Positions 1-6,952 of a DNA stretch of 64,000 bases are shown here, piece after piece. The notes under the pieces are model-generated. The model saw nothing but the letters and a program-made list of their open reading frames with translations, was not told the origin of the DNA and did not search any database. Every line of letters starts with the position of its first letter. Position 1 is the first letter of the stretch. Source of the DNA: Candidatus Aenigmatarchaeota archaeon (GTDB taxonomy: Archaea > Aenigmatarchaeota > Aenigmatarchaeia > Aenigmatarchaeales > JACQIB01); the NCBI GenBank assembly GCA_043799675.1, contig JAZDNN010000024.1, positions 7,418 to 71,417 on the forward strand, given 5' to 3'. Both the position numbers and the translations under genes were made by a program.

Positions 1-1
1 G

Positions 2-163
2 TATGATGACGGTGTCGAGCAGCTGGGCGGGATTCCGCCTCATGCCTGGTACATAACCGGTCCGCAGGCAATCTACATGAAACGGCAGGAAAAGAAACCG
101 ATCACTCCCGCGCAAAACAGGGAAGCGGTCAGAGAGATAAAGAAGATTTTCGGGATGAAATAA
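2..163 (+). CDS. 3' end of a hypothetical protein gene that starts upstream of the window
   Basis: An open frame runs in from the window edge to TAA at 161-163, giving 53 codons (YDDGVEQLGG...KKIFGMK). No family recognised. Confidence 0.25.
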   Translation, partial: YDDGVEQLGGIPPHAWYITGPQAIYMKRQEKKPITPAQNREAVREIKKIFGMK

Positions 164-454
164 TCAAGCAACGTATCTCGCTCTCAACGGCCTGCAATCG
201 AATTTGTTGTTGCGGTCATCCGACCAACTTGCTATTATATCGACTTCGGTAATCTGCTCGGGAAGATTCTGGGGAACAATCCTGACTTCGGCGGGCCGGA
301 AGCCGCTCATCACATAAACATGATGCGCATCCTGTTGACCGAATATCGAATTCAGGTCTTCAAACGTCTTGCCGGCCGCATATGTCGCTGCAATAAATTT
401 CATATATGTTGGCAATCTGTCGAACTGATCCGTCTTCTCAACACGTACGGGCAT
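164..454 (-). CDS. hypothetical protein (96 aa)
   Basis: Inner ATG at 454 of the 164..694 track ORF. The upstream part of that ORF overlaps the 3' end of ftsY in another frame. It lies directly downstream of ftsY on the same strand. No family recognised. Confidence 0.35.
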   Translation of the reverse strand: MPVRVEKTDQFDRLPTYMKFIAATYAAGKTFEDLNSIFGQQDAHHVYVMSGFRPAEVRIVPQNLPEQITEVDIIASWSDDRNNKFDCRPLRARYVA

Positions 455-485
455 GAGAAATGTATGCAGGATAAAGAATAAATAA

Positions 486-1661
486 TCAACCCAGCAAGCC
501 GTCAGCGACCTTCTTGGCATCGAACTTCTGCAGGTCCTTGTAATCCTGGCCGACACCGATGTACAGGATGGGCTTCTTGATTGCCCAGGCGGTTGAAAGA
601 ACAGCACCTCCCTTCTCGTAAACGTCGGCCTTTGTGAGAATGACACCATCCACTCCAACAGCCGCGTTGAAGGTCCTTGCCTGCTCGACGGCATCGTTGC
701 CTGTCAAACAATCGACCACCAGAATCTTCAGGTCGGGCTTGTTCACCCTGATTATCTTCTTCATCTCGTCCATCAGGCCCGCGTTGGAATGGCTCCTTCC
801 GGCAGTATCGGCAAGCACAATGTCCAGCTTCCTGCTCTCCGCCGCCTTTACCGCATCAAAGATAACGGCGGCAGGGTCCGCGCCGTACTTGTGCTTCACC
901 ACCGGGATGCCCAGCTTCTCACCATGGATTTCTATCTGCTCCTGGGCTGCGGCGCGCCATGTATCGGCTGCAGCAAACAACGGGCTCAGGCCTTTCTCCT
1001 TGAGCATGTAACCCAAACGGGCAATCGTGGTCGTCTTGCCTGTCCCGTTGAAACCAAGAAAAATGACCTTCAGCGGCTTCTTTGTCTTGACCAGTTCGAA
1101 AATATCGACATCCGGCTGGTTAAGTATTTCATAGACGGACTTCCTCAGGCTCTCGCGGATGGTGCTTTCCACCTGCCCGCGGGAAATGCTCTTGCCAACA
1201 AGGGCACTCTTAAGATCATTAACAATCTTCTCAGCGACCTCCAAGGCGACATCGGATTCCAACAGGCCTGTCTGGATATCGCCCAGGACAGGAAGAACGT
1301 CCTTCTCCTCGATTTCCTTTTCGGTGATCGCTTTCTTCAGGCGCTCGAACAGGCCGCGCTTGGGCTTCTGCTCTGCCGCATGCTCAGCAACCGCCTCCTT
1401 GACGTCCTTGACAATCTCCTTCTTCACTTCGGGCGGGACTTCCTGAACAGTCTCCTCGGGAACGAGCTCCTCTTCTATCGGCAGTTCGGTCGCGCCCGCC
1501 TTGGCTTCAACTTCAACGGGGGCAGGTTCAACAGGAACGGGCTTCGCTTCCTCAATCTGCTCGGCCAGGTGCTCCTCGGCCTTCTGCCCATCCTCTCCCC
1601 TGATGGCCGAGGCTATCTTCTCGACAGATTCCTTCAACTTCTTCTTCAGGAAGCCGAACAT
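486..1661 (-). CDS. ftsY: signal recognition particle receptor FtsY
   Basis: 391 aa. Acidic/lysine-rich N-terminus followed by an SRP GTPase NG domain with GFNGTGKTTT (G1), DTAGR (G3) and TKAD (G4). Confidence 0.9.
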   Translation of the reverse strand: MFGFLKKKLKESVEKIASAIRGEDGQKAEEHLAEQIEEAKPVPVEPAPVEVEAKAGATELPIEEELVPEETVQEVPPEVKKEIVKDVKEAVAEHAAEQKPKRGLFERLKKAITEKEIEEKDVLPVLGDIQTGLLESDVALEVAEKIVNDLKSALVGKSISRGQVESTIRESLRKSVYEILNQPDVDIFELVKTKKPLKVIFLGFNGTGKTTTIARLGYMLKEKGLSPLFAAADTWRAAAQEQIEIHGEKLGIPVVKHKYGADPAAVIFDAVKAAESRKLDIVLADTAGRSHSNAGLMDEMKKIIRVNKPDLKILVVDCLTGNDAVEQARTFNAAVGVDGVILTKADVYEKGGAVLSTAWAIKKPILYIGVGQDYKDLQKFDAKKVADGLLG

Positions 1662-1690
1662 AACCGGAAAAGAGCGCAGAACCTTTTAAA

Positions 1691-2146
1691 TCATCGTTCC
1701 TGCAGCATCGCTTCTATCTGGGGCTGGAGGCGGACCAGATCCGATTCAACGGCCGAGAGCTGCTGGCTGAGCTTGTTCACGTGCTTCTGCAGTTCCTCGA
1801 GCTTGCCGTCCAGAATCCTGATTGCCTCGGCGCGCGGCTTCTTCAGCACCGCACTGCCGCCTATGCTTATCACGACCTTGTCGGCCTTCTCTATCCTGCC
1901 CGGAACGAAGTTGTCGCAGCCTATGGGGAGCAAAGCATCTGCCGGCTTGATATCGCCCAACAGCTCAAGCGTGGATTTTGTCTGCGCAATCTCGTTGGCC
2001 TTCGTCACGGCCTGCTCCAGCTGCTGGCGCAGGTTCTGGTGGGTGTTCTGCAGGACCTGGAACTGCATCATCTTGGTCTGAAGCTGCTGCTCCCTCTCGG
2101 CCTTTTCATTAGCCATACGCATAGCAACTCCCGCCTTCGGCGGCAA
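1691..2146 (-). CDS. pfdA: prefoldin alpha subunit
   Basis: 151 aa. Coiled coil, central beta-hairpin region (LLPIGCDNFVPGRI...VVISIGGSAVL), then coiled coil. It sits in the conserved archaeal ftsY-pfdA-rpl31e-rpl39e neighbourhood. Confidence 0.8.
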   Translation of the reverse strand: MPPKAGVAMRMANEKAEREQQLQTKMMQFQVLQNTHQNLRQQLEQAVTKANEIAQTKSTLELLGDIKPADALLPIGCDNFVPGRIEKADKVVISIGGSAVLKKPRAEAIRILDGKLEELQKHVNKLSQQLSAVESDLVRLQPQIEAMLQER

Positions 2147-2223
2147 AATTGTTATTGGCAGCTCTGCTGCTCATGCCACATTGCACCTGCAGCCTTCGGC
2201 TGCCAATCATCATTTGCGTATAA

Positions 2224-2676
2224 TCACTTCTTCTCTTCCATCTCGGACTTCTGTTTCACCGGCTCTGCCTGCTTTTCAGCGGCTCCCTTCTCTTCCTGTA
2301 TCTCCTTCTCGAGCGTCATCTTCTTCCTCTCCTTCCTCTCTTCCTTTATCCGCTGCTTCTTCTCCGCCTTCTTTTCCTTCTTCTTCTTCTCGTCGGCTGC
2401 GGTGGGCGTCTTGATATCGATACCGACCAATTCGCTGTAAACTATGCCCTCATGCCTGCGGACATGAATCCTGACCTTGCGCGGCGGGTGCTGGATGCCG
2501 CGGGTCCAAAGCATGTCATTTATCGAAGTCCCTATCTTCACGTTGTCGCTCTTCATGTGCTTCTCCAGGAACTTGCGGACAAGCAACGCGGCCTTCTTGG
2601 CCCTGCGCGTCCTGGGAGCGAGCCAGGCGTCGCGAAGCGGCACCATGTAGATCCTTTCTTCGGTCTTTTCAGCCAT
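2224..2676 (-). CDS. rpl31e: ribosomal protein L31e with a long K/E-rich C-terminal tail
   Basis: 150 aa. The N-terminal 90 aa match the L31e pattern (ERIYMVPLRDAW..RTRRAKKA...IWTRGIQHPPRKVRI). The last 60 aa or so are low-complexity KKKEKKAEKK... Confidence 0.85.
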   Translation of the reverse strand: MAEKTEERIYMVPLRDAWLAPRTRRAKKAALLVRKFLEKHMKSDNVKIGTSINDMLWTRGIQHPPRKVRIHVRRHEGIVYSELVGIDIKTPTAADEKKKKEKKAEKKQRIKEERKERKKMTLEKEIQEEKGAAEKQAEPVKQKSEMEEKK

Positions 2677-2745
2677 CTAGAAGCACCTGCCGCCTCTGGC
2701 GGCCAATTGTTCTTGGTTCAATTCATGAACATGCATACCATTCAC

Positions 2746-2913
2746 TTACCTTTGCAATCGTCCCTTCCTCCAATGCTTGGTCTCGCTGACACGTATGCGC
2801 CTGGTCTTCGCCCGCCTCCCGAACTTCTTCAGGTCGGCCCAGCGGGGGGCGCCCTTCTTCTTGCCCGCGGCTATGAGCCTGAGCTTTTTCTGCTTGAACT
2901 TTACCGGTCCCAC
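2746..2913 (-). CDS. rpl39e: ribosomal protein L39e (GTG start, absent from the ORF track)
   Basis: Manual translation gives 55 aa: V/MGPVKFKQKKLRLIAAGKKKGAPRWADLKKFGRRAKTRRIRVSETKHWRKGRLQR, ending at a TAA. It carries the L39e hallmarks KKLRLAKA...P.W and HWRR.KL, and sits between the PDCD5-like/hypothetical genes and rpl31e as in other archaea. Confidence 0.75.
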   Translation of the reverse strand: MGPVKFKQKKLRLIAAGKKKGAPRWADLKKFGRRAKTRRIRVSETKHWRKGRLQR

Positions 2914-2917
2914 AAAA

Positions 2918-3157
2918 TCACCCGTAATACTCCTTCAGTATCTTCTCCCTCACGCATGAACTTATGTCTTCACGCAGCCCGGGCATGTCCTCATCGTCCG
3001 CATACTTCCCGGCCTTGGAAGCTTCCGTTATTCCCATCAGAACGGCATACCTCACGGTCTGAATATGATCCGATTCCGCAAGGTCCGCGGGGGTGCATTC
3101 CGGAGCCTGGCGATGCCCGAATGCAGCCTGCCTGCCTTTTACTCCTGCTTGTGTCAT
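2918..3157 (-). CDS. hypothetical protein (79 aa)
   Basis: The ORF is tightly packed between the PDCD5-like gene (stop at 3159) and rpl39e (start at 2913). No family recognised. Confidence 0.4.
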   Translation of the reverse strand: MTQAGVKGRQAAFGHRQAPECTPADLAESDHIQTVRYAVLMGITEASKAGKYADDEDMPGLREDISSCVREKILKEYYG

Positions 3158-3158
3158 A

Positions 3159-3419
3159 TCAACGCCTGATTATCTTGGTCTCTCGCTTGGTCACGAGGGT
3201 GTCCAGTATCTGCCTCAGCTTCGCGTCGGTAATCGTTTCCTTCAACTGACCCGCCTGCATGAGCTGGAGCAGGTACAGTTCCAGCTGGCTTGCAAGCATC
3301 GGATTTGCCATCCTGACGCGGCCGAGCCTCTCGATGGCCGCATTGTCGAGTATCTTGCTGAGCATCATCTTCTTCGCGACCTCGAGGTGCATCTCATCCG
3401 CTTGGGATTCCATGTTCAT
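3159..3419 (-). CDS. PDCD5/TFAR19-like double-stranded DNA-binding protein
   Basis: 86 aa and helical, with ILDNAAIERLGRVRMANP...A.QLE..L..L resembling the archaeal PDCD5 homologue. It is conserved next to rps19e, and its start overlaps the rps19e stop by 4 nt. Confidence 0.75.
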   Translation of the reverse strand: MNMESQADEMHLEVAKKMMLSKILDNAAIERLGRVRMANPMLASQLELYLLQLMQAGQLKETITDAKLRQILDTLVTKRETKIIRR

Positions 3420-3835
3420 GCCGAAGCACCCGCAAGCCTGTCGAGCAGCTTCTGCGCCTTCGGCGTGATTACCCTGCCCTTCCTCGGCTTCTCGACCTTT
3501 GTCACGAATCCGGCAGCCTCGAGCTGCTGCAACATGAGCCTGATGAATTTCCCGCCGGTCTTCGCATGATGGGCCGGCTTGTGGCCGCGCCTGTGCCTGC
3601 CGCCGAAAGCGGTCCTGAGCCTCTGGGTCCCGACCGGACCGGTGAGGTAGATCTTCCTCAGGATTGCGGCGCTCCTGATGTACCAGAAATCGGCCTGCTC
3701 CGGCGGCCTTTCGTTGCTGACACCCGACTTCGTAAATCCGGCCGCCGGGTGCGGCTTGATGGTCTCGATCTTTTTCAGTTCAGCGGCAAGCGCCGGAATG
3801 AGCTTATCCGCCGAAACTTCCTTTGCACTTGGCAT
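3416..3835 (-). CDS. rps19e: ribosomal protein S19e
   Basis: 139 aa, with FWYIRSAAILRKIYLTGPVGTQRLRTAFGG and GRVITPKAQKLLD typical of S19e. Confidence 0.9.
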   Translation of the reverse strand: MPSAKEVSADKLIPALAAELKKIETIKPHPAAGFTKSGVSNERPPEQADFWYIRSAAILRKIYLTGPVGTQRLRTAFGGRHRRGHKPAHHAKTGGKFIRLMLQQLEAAGFVTKVEKPRKGRVITPKAQKLLDRLAGASA

Positions 3836-3903
3836 AATAGTTCAGCCCAAATACGACGCCCAATCCTTTTTAAGGTTGTTCGGAGGGGTGCCGACCTCGA
3901 AAA

Positions 3904-4137
3904 TCAAACGTGCGGGGTGGTGGTCTGATAACCCTGCTTTTTGAGCGTGTCAATCAGCTTACCGTATTCGGATGAGTTTGCAACCGAATCGTCAATCGGG
4001 TATATTTCCATCAGCTTGTGGGTCGGATGCGCCACGCAAACCAGACAGCCCTTTTTGTAAAAGCTGACGAACACGCTTTCCTCCGATTTGAATCCATGAG
4101 CCTCTCCGATATTCTGCAAATCCGTCGTATCTACCAT
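3904..4137 (-). CDS. hypothetical protein (77 aa)
   Basis: Stand-alone ORF with an ATG start. No family recognised. Confidence 0.35.
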   Translation of the reverse strand: MVDTTDLQNIGEAHGFKSEESVFVSFYKKGCLVCVAHPTHKLMEIYPIDDSVANSSEYGKLIDTLKKQGYQTTTPHV

Positions 4138-4223
4138 GGCAGATATCCGACAGAAAAGGATTAAAAGGGCATGGTGCGCCGACCGCGCGGACTGATGTCC
4201 GCTGAGTCGACCTCAGGAAAATT

Positions 4224-4400
4224 TGGTGCGCCGACAGGGATTCTCATAGCACTGCAACCCGAAGGCTGCCAAAACGCCTCTTGGCGCTTCGCGCTCATTT
4301 GAACCCTGGTCATCAGCTATCCTCTTTCTGGTGCAGGTCTTTGCCGTCAGGCAAAGAAGTGCCATGGAAGGCTGAGGTCCTACCACTAGACTATCGGCGC
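4224..4400 (-). tRNA. tRNA-Gly(UCC) with two BHB introns
   Basis: 177 nt.
- Acceptor: GCGCCGA/TCGGCGC.
- D arm: GTCT-AGTGGTA-GGAC.
- Anticodon stem: TCAGC/GCTGA. The loop is CUUCCAA after removing a 46-nt intron at 37/38 (4319..4364; central helix CUUC/GAGG).
- T arm: CAGGG-TTCAAAT-CCCTG after removing a 57-nt intron at 59/60 (4241..4297; central helix UUCA/UGAG, bulges AAU and AAU).
- CCA is encoded. Confidence 0.85.
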
Positions 4401-4430
4401 AGAGAAGCTTTGCGCACGACCCTCAAAAGC

Positions 4431-5123
4431 TTATTGCTTGCGGTAGAAAAGGTACGAGCGGCTCCTGGAAACGTCGGCCCTGTATTCGAGACCTATGTCC
4501 AGTTCCTTCATCGCGGCCTCGCTGACGATGACATTCATGTTGGTCCCGTCGTTGTCGGGCGCGGTCAGGCCGGCCCACTGGCTGTTCTTTATGTTGTCTA
4601 TGACCATCAGCCCGCCGCGGTTCATGTTCTTCGCCATGTTGGCCACGGCAAGCAGCCTCTGGCCGTCGATATCAGTGTCCGACCCGTTCCCTATGTGCTC
4701 GAAAACGTTGAGGCATTCGACATAATGGAAGGGGCCCAATCCGCTCAGGTCGGCGGTGACTATGTCACCCTGCACGCAATTGGTGCGAAGGCCGCCTCTT
4801 TCCCTGGCTTCCTCAAGCGCGGCGGCATCCACGTCCAAAACGTGTACCACGAAATCCTTCTCGTATTCCGCGAACTTCCTTGCAAGCTCCACGTGGCGGA
4901 TTGCGCACGTCTTGTCCTGGGCGGACTTCTTACCGACCCCAACAAGGAGGGCGTTCATCTCTCCACCGACGTTGTGAAGGAAACCGTCCAGATAGTCGTC
5001 CACCTTCAGATGTCTGTCCGGATATGAAACGTCAGAAATCATGTCAAGCGAATGGGGCCTGTAACTTCCCCTCACTTTCTCCTGCCACTCAGGCGTCAGA
5101 AGCGCTGCCATGCTTATATTCAC
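4431..5123 (-). CDS. putative SAM-dependent methyltransferase-like protein
   Basis: 230 aa with a Rossmann-like alternation (VHVLDVD..., NVFEHIG, GGLMVIDN) reminiscent of class I methyltransferases. The glycine-rich motif I is not canonical. Confidence 0.4.
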   Translation of the reverse strand: MNISMAALLTPEWQEKVRGSYRPHSLDMISDVSYPDRHLKVDDYLDGFLHNVGGEMNALLVGVGKKSAQDKTCAIRHVELARKFAEYEKDFVVHVLDVDAAALEEARERGGLRTNCVQGDIVTADLSGLGPFHYVECLNVFEHIGNGSDTDIDGQRLLAVANMAKNMNRGGLMVIDNIKNSQWAGLTAPDNDGTNMNVIVSEAAMKELDIGLEYRADVSRSRSYLFYRKQ

Positions 5124-5148
5124 TGTGTAGTAGTATATAAAGTTATCC

Positions 5149-5586
5149 TTACTCGAGCGCTTTCCGTATCATGTCGGCGGCCTTCTCCATCTGCTCCTTG
5201 GACATCTGCTTGCGGGCGGTCCAATTGATGGCCTCCCCGTGGCCGTCATCTGCAAAGCGGGGGATGAGATTTATGTGAGCGTGCTGGACCAGCTGGCCGA
5301 CCGCCGCCCCGACCACCCATTCTGTGCCCAGGCCCTTCTGCATCGCCTTCGCCACCTTCCTGGCAAACTCGAAATAGGATCCGGCATCCGGGATGTCCCA
5401 GACCCAGCGGCAGTGGTCCTTCGGAATGACAAGCACGTGGCCGGGATTCAGCGGGGTTATGTCAAGGAACGCTTCGAAATCCCCGTCCTTGCAGATGCTG
5501 AAGGACGGTACCTTGCCTTCCACGATCCTGCAGAAGACGCAGTTGGGGTCCCTCTTGGCGCTCGGATGTGGCTTGTATTCGGGCAT
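5149..5586 (-). CDS. HIT-family (histidine triad) nucleotide hydrolase
   Basis: 145 aa, with CVFCRI, NPGHVLVIPKDH and the histidine triad HAHINLIP. Confidence 0.85.
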   Translation of the reverse strand: MPEYKPHPSAKRDPNCVFCRIVEGKVPSFSICKDGDFEAFLDITPLNPGHVLVIPKDHCRWVWDIPDAGSYFEFARKVAKAMQKGLGTEWVVGAAVGQLVQHAHINLIPRFADDGHGEAINWTARKQMSKEQMEKAADMIRKALE

Positions 5587-5590
5587 ACGC

Positions 5591-5881
5591 TCACTTCAGC
5601 AGATAGGCATAAAAATGCGTGCTATCCGGAAAGATCGAGAGAATGAACTTTTCGGCTTCTGCAACATCCTTGGACTGAGGGGAAATCTTCCGCCAATTGT
5701 TTTGGAAGAATTCGTCGCCAAGGTCAAAGGGGACGACACTGCCTATAGACTTTCGCAGAATACGGCGACCGCACTGGAAGACCGCATTTTCACCATGAAG
5801 CAGGCGGGTGCGGACCTCGATGGTCTTGCTGCCGGCCTCCAGCGTCTCGAACACCGGCTTGTACACGCGGAACAACGGCAT
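5591..5881 (-). CDS. ASCH/PUA-like domain protein
   Basis: Inner ATG at 5881, because the track ORF start at 5935 runs into tRNA-Trp. The 96 aa begin MPLFRVYKPVFETLEAGSKTIEVR, typical of small ASCH-domain proteins. Confidence 0.5.
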   Translation of the reverse strand: MPLFRVYKPVFETLEAGSKTIEVRTRLLHGENAVFQCGRRILRKSIGSVVPFDLGDEFFQNNWRKISPQSKDVAEAEKFILSIFPDSTHFYAYLLK

Positions 5882-5882
5882 A

Positions 5883-6046
5883 TGGTGGGGTCGGAGAGAT
5901 TTGAACTCCCGTCCGCTGGTATCACCATCGGGCAATCATCACGGTCATATTTGGCCGCTCATCGCTCCAGCAACATTCTGGAGCCAGCTATCCTGCCTGG
6001 CTTTGTCAGACGCAAGACCTAACTTGCGCCTTTAGACTACGACCCC
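5883..6046 (-). tRNA. tRNA-Trp(CCA) with two introns
   Basis: 164 nt.
- Acceptor: GGGGTCG/CGACCCC.
- Anticodon stem: GCTGG/CCAGC, loop CUCCAGA.
- Intron at 37/38: 57 nt (5921..5977).
- D-loop intron after nt 13: about 29 nt (about 6005..6033). The BHB is relaxed with one U-U mismatch, so the boundaries are approximate.
- T arm: GGGAG-TTCAAAT-CTCTC.
- CCA is encoded. Confidence 0.8.
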
Positions 6047-6116
6047 ATTGCTTTCAGAGGACGGGAGTATAAAAAGCGGAGTGGAGCCTTTAGTCTCCAC
6101 GCCACTTGCGAAACCC

Positions 6117-6123
6117 AAAAAAA
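6117..6123 (-). terminator. oligo-T tract downstream of tRNA-Thr
   Basis: T7 run on the minus strand, 8 nt after the encoded CCA of tRNA-Thr. Archaeal RNA polymerase terminates at oligo-T. Confidence 0.4.
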
Positions 6124-6130
6124 GGTGGAG

Positions 6131-6218
6131 TGGAGCCTCGGGAGGGAATTGCACCCTCGACCTGCTGTTTGCTTGGTTGCTTACAAGACAGCCGCTCTTC
6201 TGCCTGAGCCACCGAGGC
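6131..6218 (-). tRNA. tRNA-Thr(UGU) with a 12-nt mini-intron
   Basis: 88 nt.
- Acceptor: GCCTCGG/CCGAGGC.
- D arm: GCTC-AGGCAGAA-GAGC.
- Anticodon stem: GCTGT/ACAGC. The loop is CUUGUAA after removing a 12-nt intron (6170..6181; central helix CUUG/CAAG, bulges UAA and CAA).
- T arm: GAGGG-UGCAAUU-CCCTC, with an atypical G at position 55.
- CCA is encoded. Confidence 0.8.
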
Positions 6219-6253
6219 AAGAGATTTAATAGGCCGAGTCTTAAAAGCTTGGC

Positions 6254-6952
6254 ATGAAAGCAAGGGTCTCGGTCGTGGTTTGCGCAAGGAACGAGGAGAA
6301 GGTCATAGGAGCCTGCCTGGAAGCGCTCAAGAAACAGACGGCCTGCCCGGAGATAATCGTCATTGACGGACACTCGACGGACAGGACCAGGGAGATAGCC
6401 AAGAAGCATGCGGACAGGGTCATCCTGGACAACGGGAAGGGAATAGGGGATGCGAGGAACATCGGCTGGAAGGCGGCAACACACGGAATAGTGGCCTTTT
6501 GCGATGCGGATGCGAGACCGCCGCCGGACTGGGTGGAGAACATAGGAAAGCTGATTGACGACAACGCGGCCGTCAACGGGCCCCTCGTGCCTTACGATGC
6601 GCACAGATTCAGGACAAAGCTCACGATGAAGATATGGACGGACATTTTTTTGAGGGCGGGCTCGGCTGTCAGATACCCTATAGTGTGCGCGGCCAATGTG
6701 GCTTTCAGGAAAAGCATGCTGGAAAAGTATCCGTTCAGGCTCAACGCGCCCACCGAAGACTTCGATGTGGGCAGGAGGATGAGGCACGCGGGCAGGATAA
6801 GGTTCTTCAGCGAACTCCGTATGCCCATATCCGGCAGGAGATTCGAGAACAAGTTCTACAGGCGGACGGCCGTGATTTACCTAAGGAACTATTTCAGGGT
6901 CACGGTAGGGAAGGAAGCGAAGGACTTCGGATATTTCGAAAACAAGGGCTAG
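6254..6952 (+). CDS. family 2 glycosyltransferase
   Basis: 232 aa, with VSVVVCARNEE..., IIVIDGHSTDRT and CDADARPPPDW (DxD), which is the typical GT-A/GT2 fold signature. Confidence 0.8.
   Translation: MKARVSVVVCARNEEKVIGACLEALKKQTACPEIIVIDGHSTDRTREIAKKHADRVILDNGKGIGDARNIGWKAATHGIVAFCDADARPPPDWVENIGKLIDDNAAVNGPLVPYDAHRFRTKLTMKIWTDIFLRAGSAVRYPIVCAANVAFRKSMLEKYPFRLNAPTEDFDVGRRMRHAGRIRFFSELRMPISGRRFENKFYRRTAVIYLRNYFRVTVGKEAKDFGYFENKG

Noticed and set aside
789-2081. 430-aa plus-strand ORF, and other plus-strand ORFs between 634 and 2440
   Set aside because: They are antisense to ftsY and pfdA, which have unambiguous motifs. Their Leu/Arg-rich composition marks them as shadows.
4172-4223. A split-tRNA 3' half or a second tRNA-Gly downstream of tRNA-Gly
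   Set aside because: Only the last 12 nt (acceptor 3' strand plus ACCA) are repeated. No T arm (GTTCRANNC), no anticodon-stem partner and no leader complementary to a 5' half could be found.
5921-5977. A box C/D guide RNA inside the tRNA-Trp intron, as in Euryarchaeota
   Set aside because: C-box-like GUGAUGA and GAUGAG are present, but no CUGA D or D' boxes. The exon-complementary stretch is not positioned upstream of a D box.
6032-6787. 251-aa minus-strand ORF and small ORFs between 6048 and 6287
   Set aside because: They overlap tRNA-Thr, tRNA-Trp and the antisense strand of the GT2 gene. They are not coding.
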